From the NCBI GenBank assembly GCA_002633005.1, contig NMRA01000038.1:369745-433744 (forward strand): a DNA stretch of 64,000 nt, in the 5' to 3' direction. Positions 51,701-63,078 of this stretch are shown here, one piece after another. The first letter of the stretch is position 1. Every line of letters begins with the position of its first letter. The translations under genes and the position numbers were made by a program. The notes under the pieces were generated by a model. The model searched no databases, had not been told where the DNA came from, and worked only from the letters and a program-made list of their open reading frames with translations. The stretch comes from Phoronis australis (Eukaryota > Animalia > Phoronida).

Positions 51701-53855
51701 ATGTGACGTGGATTGACGGGAAAAATTACAATTACAAGACAAAAGACTAAGTACGATATGGCGACTTGTAGGTTACCAATGCAAACTCAGATTTTGTTTG
51801 GCGACCTGGTCATCACGCACACATGCAAGCATGCACTCAAATCGTTTGACAAAACCACAAGGGCCAGTTCACACGCTCTTGTATAGAAGATGTGCCCCAA
51901 TCATCAGCTTCTCCCTACGTAAGCAGGCAAACCCGAGCGGGGATGTTGGAACAGAGAGGAAACCTGTTTGACCAAATGGCTGTCTTGATTAACCTGCTGG
52001 CAATTTGCTAGGTTCGACTGTTACTCAACTCAGGACTGTGGTTTCATAAAAAGTGACTTTAAGACTTGGTCCGAAATTTGGTCTCGCATTCCACACAACT
52101 GCGTTGCTGAGATAATTTCTAGAAATAATTTGAAGACTGTTATGCACATACATTATATAATTACATGGCAAAATCTTTTTGTAGCAACTGTGAAGTGAGA
52201 GCGTAAGATCGAATTTCAGTCCCAAGTCTTCACAAAACAGACTCCAGGTATCTATTTTTTATTGGCAGCTGTTGCCAACTATGTGTCGTTCATAGGTGCC
52301 AGCACTTTTCATAAACGGTTTTCTTGCTTTGGCTCCCTAATTTCCTATTCGGCAACCTTGTTACCAGGGTACTTAATTCAAAATCACAGATGTCTGAACT
52401 TGAAATTGAATATTCAGTAAAAAAAAAACAGTGCAGGTGGTCTGATGTCATTTGCGGTGCATCAGAAGTGCGCAGGCCTCATGGTTGGGCCCATTGCACA
52501 AAACACCTGAGCAAAGGCACAAGACCCCAATGATGGCTCCTCGTGAAGAAAGCTTTCAAGTCTGCCAGTCTCCTTTAGGAAAACGGACAGACAATTCCAT
52601 TTGTTGCCATGCACTATATGTTGTAGGCATGTAACAATGCCATCCAGTAGGTTGCTCCTTAGCCTATAAAAAGCTGGGCAAGACTCTACCAGGTGTTTAG
52701 GAGATTCTACGTCAGTACCACACTCGGGACACACAGGGCTCCCCATATGCCCAGTAATGTGTCTGTGTCGGGCTAGGTTGCAGTGGCCCGTCAAAATTTG
52801 AATGACGTGTCTTATACCCAATTTCCTATTCGGCAACCTTGTTACCAGGGTACTTAATCTCAAAATCACGGATGTCTGAACTTGAAATTGAATATTCAGT
52901 AAGACAATCAGGTGAAATTTTTTGATCATTGAACAGAATATTTGCAGTTATTAGCCTCATGATCACCAGTTTTCTCCAAAACCTTAATTTGTGTCACAGA
53001 ATAAATGTTCTTGCTACTTTATTTTTTGTTTGATGAATAAGATCACCAATAGTTGAAAAGAGGTTGATTAAAATTTACATTGTTTTATTAACAAGTAATT
53101 TGTTTTAGTGCAGTGCAAATATTTATCAATGTGAGCGGAATTATTTGAGTGAACTTTCCAAATTTCATGGTGTATTCCAAATTCACACATACGTGATCTT
53201 GAGATTAAGCAGGATTCCAAGTTCACGCACAGCAATATGGCACTGTTTACTTCCAAGGGCAAAGGCAGATAAACATGACAGGTAGCTGGTAGGTCACATG
53301 CACACTACTCAGCTACTCATACAACGGCCCTTCCGATTTTTGCCAAATGATTCCGACTACTGTCTGTTTACTTCCAGTATGCTGTAATATTTTAAATGTG
53401 TGCTCTGATCTGTGCATCAGTGAGTCAGTAATGTGAACGTGATTGGAATTCAGGTTCCATGCCATGACCATGGTAACAGTAACGGGCATAATTGCAAAGT
53501 AAGAATTTTTGCAGTGTGTGGCAAGTTAGTTTCCACCTCCGTCCGCCACTAATTGAGCGTCATCTATGCAATCTCAGAATGTCAGATGAAAACGGCCTCA
53601 CACTTGTCACGATTGACACATTAGAAAGCGCCCCCTCGTGTCAGTTTCAGATGTAAACAAAACATAATGACTTAAACGCCGGGAATAAGCTTACAAGTGA
53701 ATTTGCAGTTTCTTGAACTCTGTTTCGTTACTAAGATCAGGTAACAGTGTATACCACTCTAAACCAAGAGACAACTACCTGAGAAAACTGTGGGCTTCCA
53801 TACTTCTGTTTTGATTACTTGAGCAGATAACGGCAATCTTCAACTCGTCTGACAT
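39725..53855 (-). CDS. SSU72: RNA polymerase II CTD phosphatase SSU72, 5 coding exons, ~193 aa
   Basis: Exons in minus-strand order: 53855-53779 (MSDELKIAVICSSNQNRSMEAHSFLS, catalytic CX5R), 51644-51501 (KKGFNVRSFGTGTHVKLPG...PNVYDF), 42645-42506 (YTQNGILHMLERNKRIK...PERFQ...TCEERVYDQV), 41091-40973 (VHIVNVDIKDNHEDATLGA), 39826-39725 (...LLHYTTFY*). Total 582 nt, phases consistent. Mostly invisible in the ORF track. Confidence 0.95.
39866..40556. mobile_element. TIR element (GTTATGTAGGACC) in SSU72 intron 4, containing a SINE
   Basis: 13-bp inverted termini GTTATGTAGGACC/GGTCCTACATAAC. A related end occurs at ~7372-7386. Confidence 0.55.
40264..40490 (+). mobile_element. tRNA-derived SINE
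   Basis: A-box GTGTGGCCTGGTTG and B-box GGGATCGAGTCCC. The body is co-linear with the minus-strand copy at 21270-21497. Confidence 0.75.
41333..41510. repeat. 29-bp minisatellite x6
   Basis: Identical TCAGGCTAGTATCACTAGATTCAATATGG units with no spacers. Confidence 0.95.
42624..42787. repeat. 82-bp tandem duplication spanning the SSU72 intron 2 branch point and acceptor
   Basis: 42624-42705 and 42706-42787 differ at one position (GCAAAC vs GTAAAC). Confidence 0.9.
43657..44461. mobile_element. PIF/Harbinger-type MITE
   Basis: TIR GGGCTGTTCCAG(T/C)AAAATC.GT.TGGGAGGGGGG at both ends, with a TAA target duplication. Confidence 0.8.
46380..47020. mobile_element. Foldback element with a central perfect 45-bp palindrome
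   Basis: Inverted arms 46537-46580 and 46812-46856; AGCACGCAGAGAGTGAAAGCGA-G-TCGCTTTCACTCTCTGCGTGCT at 46610-46654. Confidence 0.6.
52421..52819 (-). mobile_element. 5'-truncated non-LTR retrotransposon 3' end (CCHC zinc-knuckle region, I/R1/LOA-like)
   Basis: ILTGHCNLARHRHITGHMGSPVCPECGTDVESPKHLVESC, flanked by ~82-bp direct repeats at 52339-52420 and 52820-52902. Confidence 0.75.
52855..53235. mobile_element. Second copy of the 1742-2162 MITE, interrupted at its left end by a LINE fragment
   Basis: Co-linear similarity to 1768-2160. Confidence 0.6.
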
Positions 53856-54560
53856 TGTGATGAGAAGAGTTAAGTACTAAAATAAACTGCTCTTTAAATA
53901 GAGGTTGAATTGATTGACTGGATACAGTGCAATCAAAAGTATGATGATCAAACCAACAACGTAATTTTAACTGATATTTCTTGGAGGCGAATTCATCGCA
54001 CTGACATTCGTCTGAAAGGATTTCGGTATGAGAAAAGATTAACGACAGATTTTTAAAAGTTACTTTTGCTAATGTCAACCAAAACTAAAAACTCATGCAT
54101 TTAAAATAATTTATAAATGTTTATAATTTTTAATTTAAAAGTGAAGTATTATAATTAATTAATTTTATGTTATGATTTACTTATTTACGTCAATACATAC
54201 AGTTTCCAATTTCGTACTTTGTAGTCAACCCGTGTGACCGCCATATTGAAAACACGCTTTGAGAAAATGGTCCCTGTCTTTTATTCCGTGAATGTGCTGT
54301 TGATTAGCTAACAGAAGCATGTTGACTTGACGGAAATATATCTCAGTTGGTCGAGAACAGGGTAAAGTGGCAACTAGATAATTAGATCGCATTATATGTT
54401 GTGTAGGCCTATTCATCAGGGACATTTTGCCACTTTCCTCCGTCTGTTATCAAAATGTTCAGGCAGCTCGTCCTAACATTAACAATGCCTCGTCCCCGCT
54501 GATCGAAAACCCTTTTCAAAAGGCTCCCGAGATTTCAACTGCCAGTTACTTCTATACGTG
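53856..54560. promoter_or_regulatory. Probable shared/bidirectional promoter region of SSU72 and WDR33
   Basis: Non-repetitive stretch between the divergent genes, with a YY1-like AATATGGCGG on the minus strand (~54238-54247). TSS positions are not determinable from sequence alone. Confidence 0.35.
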
Positions 54561-55147
54561 ATGTATCTGATAATTTGTTATCTTTTTATTTGAGCTCTGT
54601 TCTTGTTATTCAGTGAGAGTAATTGTTTCTCTAATCCGTTCTAATTTCTAATAACTTATTACTTAAATCATGGGCCCACATATCCGACCCTCACCAGCAT
54701 TCTCACTGTGGTCCTGGGGATGACGAACAGTTCAACAGTGCTAGTCAATGATAACTGTCCCTGTTTTTGAATACCGGGTAATCTTTGAATAAGGCGCCAG
54801 TTTACTTGCTTTTCAATTCGGCACTGGTCGGATAAGGTGGTCCCTGATTTAGAGAACCACTGAAATCCAGTGGCAATGAATAATAAACTTCATTTTTGTA
54901 AAAAAACTCTGAAGTGTGGCCCATAAGTATTTTTAAAGAGGTCCTTAAGTCTGAGCAGGCGGTTTTCAAGACGGAAAAAGTTCAAAGGACCATAAGTCCG
55001 AAGGTTCACTAATTCAACAATAAATTGTGTTCATAAGTCTGAAGGTCCATTTCTTGAAAATTAGTTAGACAAAGTGGTTGATAGCAAAGAAAGCAGAAAT
55101 ATTTTTGGTGTGATTTGAAATTAAAAACACTGTTCGGAATATTTTAA

Positions 55148-56571
55148 AGGTAAAGGCAACCTTTTTTCATGTCTTTATCAAAAATAAGGTTCTTTGGTTA
55201 TCCCAGACACATTTTCCACTTAATTACAGCTTTTCGTAATTTAATTATTTATTCGTTGTCTACTCCAGAAGTGACGTTTTGGGAGGCAAGAATTTCCCGC
55301 CTATTTCTTTTCATATAGTCCAGGGCTTGGAATTTTCCGCGGAAACGCGGATTTCCGCTTTTTTCAAATGTGCTTTCCGCTTTTTTTATAATATTTCCGC
55401 GTAAAAAAATCGGATTTGATATAAAATTTCCGCGGCAAATTCCTTTCTTACCGCGGCGTTGCAGACGACGTTCACCTCGAAAAGCGGAAGTTGCCGTTGC
55501 TCTTTATGTTTTGGAGGAACGTAAATTGTCAACATTGCCAGGGCATTTGGGACAGCGTGGTGTGATTTTCAATGGCGTCCCGTGTTATTTGTAAGCGCGG
55601 CGACAAATACTGCCGCTCTGCAGCCAAAAATGTGTGGGTTGGGAGTGGACGGGCGAGCTAAAAGGACGCAGACGCATGCTTCTGATGGTGGTAACTTTTT
55701 TTTTTCTTTTTTTTTAGTCCTCCCGATTTTTTTTTTGTCGGGGGAAGATTCACATTGACCATGTCAAGGCTGGTTATCGGATTTGGGCCGTCAAAGTTTC
55801 CGCGTTTTTTGTCATTGGTCATTCCAAGCCCTGATAGTCTGACTGTGAGAGCTGCCGAGTCAGTCATTGTTATATCTCGGTTTTGATAAGTTCGGTCATC
55901 GTGTGATTTTGTTTACGAGTCAGTCAACATGCCACACTGTTGTTGCGTACTGGTATGTGCTCATTATCGTCTCACGGACAGAGGAACAACTGTCCCACTT
56001 GCCCGAGTGTCCGCGACACACTCCCACTGATAGTGACCTGAGCACACAAACTGTTTACACCCCTGCATGTGACTCGCTCGCCACACACCTGGCACCTTCT
56101 AAATAGGTCTAATAATTTAGACAAGTCCACAATAAACTTATCAAAGTTTGGCTCATTGATCTGTTTGTTGGACGACGAACTGTCCTCTTCACTGGGTGTC
56201 GAACTGGGCCTGTATTCACTCCCATAACTCAACATCGCAGCAGGGCTGCTTACAGGCTTTGGGCCAAAATGAGTACATCCCGGTACGCAGGAACAGTGTG
56301 TCATGTTCACTGACTCGTAAACAAAAGCAAACGACGACTGAACGTGTGACAACCGAGTTAGATGAGTGACGGACTCGACAACGCTCATATAGTCAGACTA
56401 TGGGAAAAGAAATTTGTGCGAAATCCTTGCCTCCCAAAACGTCATTTCCGGAGTAGAGAACGAGTAATTTATCAAATTACGAAAACCTGTAATTAAGTGG
56501 AAAATATGTCTGGGATATTCATCGAACCTTATTTTTGCTAAAAATGACATGAAAAAATGTTGCCTTCGCCT
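55148..56571 (-). mobile_element. Non-autonomous Kolobok-type DNA transposon with THAP/transposase remnant
   Basis: Imperfect TIRs of ~150 bp (AGGTAAAGGCAAC... / ...GTTGCCTTCGCCT) flanked by TTAA on both sides (55144-55147, 56572-56575). Internal minus ORF 55972-56388 carries MTHCSCVPGC (THAP-like start) and KFIVDLSKLLDLFRRCQVCG (Kolobok-type Cys region). Confidence 0.8.
55321..55833. mobile_element. hAT-like MITE nested in the Kolobok element
   Basis: TIR CAGGGCTTGGAAT/ATTCCAAGCCCTG, with a flanking 6-bp duplication ATAGTC (55315-55320, 55834-55839). Confidence 0.8.
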
Positions 56572-57764
56572 TTAAGTAGCATTTGCTCACCTGAAAATTG
56601 TTTTCAGAAGAGCATGCCATATAAACTTTTGTTCAAAGTTACTAATTGGAGTCTCGTCGAAAGAAATGCTTGGCAACATACGAGTGAACAATCTAGCCTA
56701 GTATATTCTCTTGTGAGCAGTGTTCCAGATATCCAACGTACTTTTGCGCCCTGCACTCTGTGGAAAACTGCATGAGGCAAGGTAATGGTGATTTTGAACG
56801 AAAGTTTTCTTGATGTGAGGTTCCGAACAATAATTTTGAACCTCAAGGCTTTTAATTCTCAGACTTATTTACCTAATTTGCACTTGTGGGCATAAGTTTT
56901 GAACCTTCAGACACATGAACACCTGTGATTTCAGACTGGTGGACCTTCCGACAATTTACCCAGCTCTTGATACTGTTGCATTTGATTGTCATTTAAAAGT
57001 TGTGGTTGACTTGTCTTTCACTTTTTGAAATTCTGGGTTTGGGAAGAAGTGACATTTCACCATTGCTTGAGCAGCTAAAACCAGACTTTCGTAACTGGCT
57101 CAGTCTGGTTATTATTTGCATGATATCGAGCAATAATGAACTTTCAGTTCTCCAAGTCCGGAAAGGACGTCTGACTTGACAGAGTGCACAAATTGGTGTC
57201 TAGTTTTATGAAAACAAGCTGTCTTAATTGAAAGGGTTTTTTGATAGAAGACTTTCAGTTTGGTATTTGCTATTTTACTAGAGTGGCATCTGTTTTTAAA
57301 ATTCTTCCTAAATATGTGAACGATTAACCCTCATGAATACCTCCTAAAAGCTTGCACTCAGGAACCTCCATGTTAAAGAAGTTTACAAAGTCCAAGTTAG
57401 AACTAGAATATTGTGATTGAATTCCTGCTTCCCAATTGATCTATCGCCAGGACTTTGAGTGACAGCTTAAGTGACCAATCGGAAGGCAGCATTCTTGACA
57501 CACTTTCGTTACCAAGCCACCATATTACCCGACAAACAACACATTGCCGGTAAAACTTATTGTTTGTCGACATTTCGCAAGAGGGCGGAGCTTGCTATAG
57601 GTCAATTGTTTGTTACTTGGAACCAAAGAAACTATATCAGAAAGTCTTGATGTAATCAAAAAGTTATATCTGCCCTGATTCCTCAACCACTTCGTTACAT
57701 CCTTTAGTTAAAGACAATTTATGCTCAATTTCAGAATCGGAAGCGTTGACAAAAGCCTGCTACA

Positions 57765-60700
57765 ATGGCGACGTCATTCAACGTCAACTATCAGCCGAGG
57801 CCGCGGTTCTTCTATACGCCTCAGTTCCAGCAAAACCAGCCATTTCAGCCCCGCATGCCCATGGTGAACCGATTCCCTGGTTATATACCACGGCCGCGCT
57901 TCGCCCAACCCCCCATGCAGTCACAGCCCGGGGGCGAGGGACTGGATGGTAAACGAATGCGCAAGTCGCTTCACAGAAAGACAGTAGATTACAACAGTTC
58001 TGTAATTAGGTATTTAGAAGTAAGTAAAATTGTCATTTGGCCAGTAGAGTGCTCCGTATGTGAAATATGTTATATGTTGTGTGTAAGTCGTCACATTCAG
58101 TCACCAGGTGGCAAGACCAGCTTGAGCACGAGTTTGCTTACTAAAAACTGCCAAATAACATCGTGGAAATCGATTACATTTCTTGTGTCTGCCAAAAAGT
58201 AGTTTGGCAAAGAACCATTGTAAATCAAGATTAAAAACTTGTGAAACGTTCGATAGATTATTGGTAGTGAATGTTCCATTACGAAATGCGAAATTATCAC
58301 GTGGGTGAATGCGACTAAGAACATAGAAATAATTTACTACAATGGCATTGCTATTCACTACTTGCACACTTTGGTACTAGTGCTGTACAAATACTGTTGT
58401 GTTTTGTTTTTTAGGACACAATGCCTCTTTTCGTTTACAATTTTAACAGCGCAAGCGTGAAAGTGCATATGTTCCAAACATAACCATTGCACACAACACC
58501 TCATCTTTCTTTATGTATCTTACTAAATTTCCATTTTCCTATTGCATTTCTGCTCCCAAAATCAGGTTGCTTAAGTGACTGGTTAATCACTCATCACTAT
58601 AACAGTTGACTGGGAAACTCTTGCCCAGGCTGGGAAACCCTAATGCTGGAAAAGCCCTCAAAATTCTTAGCTTATTGTATAAGGGAAGCAGCGGAAATGA
58701 AGCCCACTTATCAACATCATCAATGGACACTTTTGGTGTTTGATATTACAAGATGGCCTAACATTTTTTTAATGTAGTCACATTGTATGTTGTAACTGTG
58801 GAGATAACTCTATTACTAAGTTAATACATTGGTTCACGAAGTCAATGAAGTCACATTGGTTTTGACATGTGAGATTTGGGGCCACAACAGACTAATAGCT
58901 ACGGCCTGAGCTGTCTCGTCTTGAGATGAGTGGTCAGCTCAGGTATGATTCACTTGAGGAATGTACTGCAGCTCGTGGCTATCTGTCTGCTGTGGCATAT
59001 TTATTGGCAACGAGGAACATTCGATTTGTTGCTGTTCTCTTTTCTGATCTAGTTTGAGGCTTTCGTAACTTCTTTGTAATAGGCTAAAATTTGGATTTGT
59101 GTTATCAGTTATTAATGCTTTGTAGGTTTGTTTATAGAATGGACTTGACATGTTCTTTTATCTGTTTCAGAACCGTATTTGGCAGCGAGATTATAGGGAT
59201 AAGCATGTCATTCAACCAGATCCTGTGTATATTCCTGAGGTGAGTATGTTTTGGTGTGGAGGATATCACAATTGAATGTAAAGTTCGTGTAATGGATTAT
59301 TTATTGCCTGGAGAAGCATATTGCTGTCTCTGACCCAGCATTTTAATTAGCGTTTTGCATTGTTTTTATCGAAAGTACAAATCACCAGTTTAAGCTGCGT
59401 TTCTTCCTGTTTGGCTGGATAAAAAACTACAAAATGGAATTAGGCTTGTTAGGCACATGAAATCTGTCTCGTATTCCTTACCGTGGTAGGATTCTCTTTC
59501 CGTTATCCTAAATGGCCCATGTGTGCACTGTCTGTAACTTGAATTGGTAATGCAAATAGAATACTTCTCGCAATTGATTCGATCCGTGTTTGTTTTCAGT
59601 TGGAGCCTCCAGCAGCTTATCGCCACAATGTCGTGAACTGTGTTCCAACCAAGTTTGTTCGACAGTCCACCAACAAAATGAGATGTCCCATATTTTGTCT
59701 TGCTGTAAGTAGAATGTTCTAGCACCTTTTGATGTGCTTGCTAGACGTTGTGTTCGCATATTGCTGTACGTCGGTCATTTTCTTTCCTTGTTTGTTGAAA
59801 TTATCAGGACTCGCTGGGATGGATTTTAATGAAGCGTGACAATACTTTATAGATGGGCTAGTTGATCACTGGACAGTTTATTTGTCGATTATTGTCAAAA
59901 CAGCTTGACAGATTTTGATGAAACTTGAAAGGGTTAATGACTGGAATGCACCAGCAGCAATTGATTTTCAGCTTTTGTATATCACATGTATAAACAATCC
60001 TATGGGCAGTTGTAGGTGCTCTTGTTATCTTTTTGTTTCATCACATGTTACTTAAAATTTTCATGTGTTGAAGCAAAAAGTTCCATTGTGAAATATTTGC
60101 GGATGAAAGAAATTGATTTTGTCCAACAAATTTTGAGATTGAGTAAGTTATTTACTTCTCAAAACACTCCAAACCCTGCAATTTGTACAGAAATTTGATT
60201 TGCATCACTGAATTGTAAAGCCTGATGTTTGCTTCACTTTTGTATTCAACGGATCTCTTCATTTCCAGTGGACACCAGAGGGCAGACGTCTAGTCACTGG
60301 TGCGTCAAGTGGGGAGTTTACCTTGTGGAACGGGTTAACCTTTAACTTTGAAACTATATTACAGGTAATGGAATCTAAGTACAAAGTTCTTCTTTTTAAC
60401 AATGGGCCTTTACTTGTACTTTTGGTGGTTTCATGGCTTTGTCATATACTATAGACAGGAAGTGTTTTTTATGGTTTCATGGCTTGGACATATACTATAG
60501 ACAGGAAGTGCTTTTGATGGTTTCATGGCTGGGGCATATACTATAGACAGGAAGTTGTGTGTTACATTATGTGCTTAAAGTAACATCACAGTAAATATAA
60601 TAAAAACAGTAACGTTTCCTCAAATGTCGACAATTTTTTTTTCAAATTTTCAAAATGGTCAAAATTTCATGTGTTTGGTGTTAGTTTGTCTTAATCTTTA

Positions 60701-63078
60701 TTTTTGGAGAAATTTAGCATTATAGATTGTCACGTGTCAAAAAATTTCTATGCCATACAGGGCTCGACATAAGCAAATAAATGTTCAAAAACACGGGTGG
60801 AAAAGGTAAAATACAAGTAGTAAATTGCCCTCAACTCCTTAAGATCATAGAGGGGTTTTTTTTATCGCCACTTTCCACAAGCCCAAACACAAGTGGCAAA
60901 TGTGCCGTCGCGCGTATTTCACGCGGACATTCTCTCCTGCATCGAGCACTGCCATATCTTTGGCTGAAGAAAGACCATTGTAGACTATGAGCTGAACTGC
61001 GTCTCTTTGTCTGCGTTACAGGCTCATGATAGTGCAATTCGTGCCATGGTGTGGGGCCACAGTGACCACTGGATGATCACGGGTGACCACAGCGGCTACC
61101 TCAAGTATTGGCAGTCAAATATGAACAACGTCAAAATGTTTCCTGCTCATCCCGAAGCGATCCGTGGCCTAAGGTGGGCATTGACCGACGACGACTACTT
61201 TGACCTCGGCGGTCAGCTGTGTAGAGTCGCTGCTCAGTTCGTTTGTATTGTTGTTTTACTTAATAGTACTTTGGTCTGTTCATTTATATTCACGTTCTAT
61301 GGTATCAGATCTGGTTTTAGTCCCTGTTGGCTTTTCTAAGAATTTTTCTGTGTACAATAAAGATGATTCGTTGGGTTACCTACAGACATAAAATATACGA
61401 AAATACACACTGTAACACACACAAGGAGTACAAATTGACCATACATTTGTCATACACTATTGTTGCGCATTCGAACATCAAAAATGCGATGTTTTTCTGA
61501 CTCGAGTGACATTGACAGTTATGCATTTAAATATGTCTAAGGTTATTTTAATCCTTTATTGACATAAGAAGCAGACAAATACCAAATGTATTTGTTTGAA
61601 TGTGAAGAAAAATGGTGAGAAATGCAGGCTTCCACGAGACCCATTTCATTATTCATATTGAGGTCTACCCACATTCTTCATATCAATTGCATGCATCACA
61701 CAAAAGCAACAATTATCCACTCCACATCATCAAGTCCATGCTTTCTTTGTGCTCGTCTCTGATAGTCAATGTTTTGTTAAAGTTGTTTTGTTATTTTTAG
61801 CTATTATGGTATTAAAGCTAGAGGCTTGAATAAATAAAAACAGAAGCCTTGAAATCGGGTAGTGAAACTGTGATATATACATATTTTGTTTAATAAAGTA
61901 AAACTGTTTTAAAAGGAATGCATATATTTAAGGAGCAAAGTTAACAATATTTTTTAAAGATTTAACTCTTTAGTTGTTTGTTATTTGACTGGAGATGTTT
62001 CGCTACATCGAATAAATTTTATTGAAAAACAAAAATCTTGTTTTTCTTTAAAATTACTATAGCAACTTTTACTGGTAACGCTTTTAACATTAGAAATATG
62101 AAACAGATTTTTGTTTCCTGTTGTTGAATTAGCTTGCTATCCTTTATCCTTCAACAGTTTTTGCCCAAGTGATGCTAAATTTGCATCTTGCGGAGATGAC
62201 GGCACAGTTCGTTTGTGGGATTTTGTTACATGTCAAGAAGAGAAAGTACTTAGAGGTATGAAATATTCCATAGTCTCTACTTGGGACACTTTTCATGCAA
62301 TTTTTGCTTTTGTGGTGGTTGTAGTCTAGGTCACCAAGCAAGGCAAATCTGTGATAGTTTTAAAGCGAAGTAATAGTAAACAGTTTTAATAGCAGGTTGA
62401 AAATTCATTTTTGTAGCTCACCATTCCAGAGTCAGTGTTGCACATTTTCTTTGACAAAATCTTTGCCGCACATAAACTGAATATTTTGTTAATAACTACT
62501 GTACCATTTTGCACCATCAAGCAGAGGTCAAATTTACGTGACTTTTGTTGAAACATAAAACTTCATGGTAGAGATTAGTACATATGGGGTTTTATTTGAA
62601 TGGGTGTGTTCTGTGATGCTACTCGTCAGTTAAGCCAATAGAATCGCATTCTTCACTTTAAGACATGGCAATATTTCACGAAAGGTGATTCTGACCAACT
62701 GTCAAGATACTTGCCTTGCCAAACACACCTATTGTTAACTCTCGTGAAGGCAAATTGTAAGAAATCAGATTGGTGGTGTTAGTTGCAGATAAACCCCATT
62801 TTGGGACCCATTTCAAGTAGTACACTGCTGAGCATGCGTGGTATTCGTCTTCTGGGCTTTGTTCCGTTGTATTTCGGATTTTTCTGGTTCTTTATGGCTC
62901 GTGAATATTTGAACTCTGACCGTGTTTTGATCGGTTGACTACCCTACCCAGGTCACGGCGCGGACGTCAAGTGTGTCGACTGGCACCCCCACAAGGCTCT
63001 TTTGGCTTCAGGAAGCAAGGACAGCCAGCAACCCATTAAACTGTGGGACCCCAAGTCTGGTCAGGGTCTGGCCACCAT
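57765..63078 (+). CDS. WDR33: pre-mRNA 3'-end processing WD40 protein WDR33 (CPSF subunit), 5' part; continues beyond the window
   Basis: Exons 57765-58019, 59171-59239, 59600-59704, 60269-60364, 61022-61173, 62158-62255, 62952-63078; all GT-AG and in phase. Motifs: [92 protein letters not shown]. An acceptor (tttcag) at ~57733 implies an upstream 5'UTR exon. Confidence 0.95.
60426..60555. repeat. 46-bp tandem repeat x3 in a WDR33 intron
   Basis: TGGTTTCATGGCT....CATATACTATAGACAGGAAGT units. Confidence 0.9.
61356..61361 (+). promoter_or_regulatory. Candidate intronic polyadenylation signal in WDR33
   Basis: AATAAA shortly after the TAA (61337-61339) that closes the exon read-through frame, preceded by TGTA (CFIm-type motif). 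Further AATAAA hexamers occur at ~61828-61837 and ~61892. Confidence 0.45.

Larger units (their letters stand above)
54960..56960. mobile_element. Outer decayed TIR element with subterminal GTC(C/T)GAAGGT repeats, host of the Kolobok insertion
   Basis: GTGTTCATAAGTCTGAAGGTCCA (~55027) is inverse to GAACCTTCAGACACATGAACAC (~56901), and TGTTCGGAA (~55131) is inverse to TTCCGAACA (56821). Ends are approximate. Confidence 0.5.

Noticed and set aside
53695-53778. Apparent extra exon downstream of SSU72 exon 1 (second GTAAGC donor at ~53696)
   Set aside because: The extension contains an immediate in-frame TAG, and the 53779 donor gives the conserved protein. There is no evidence of use.
62130-62157. 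TCCTTCAAC near a WDR33 acceptor as a U12 branch point
   Set aside because: It directly abuts the AG, and the donor (GTGGGC) is not U12-type.
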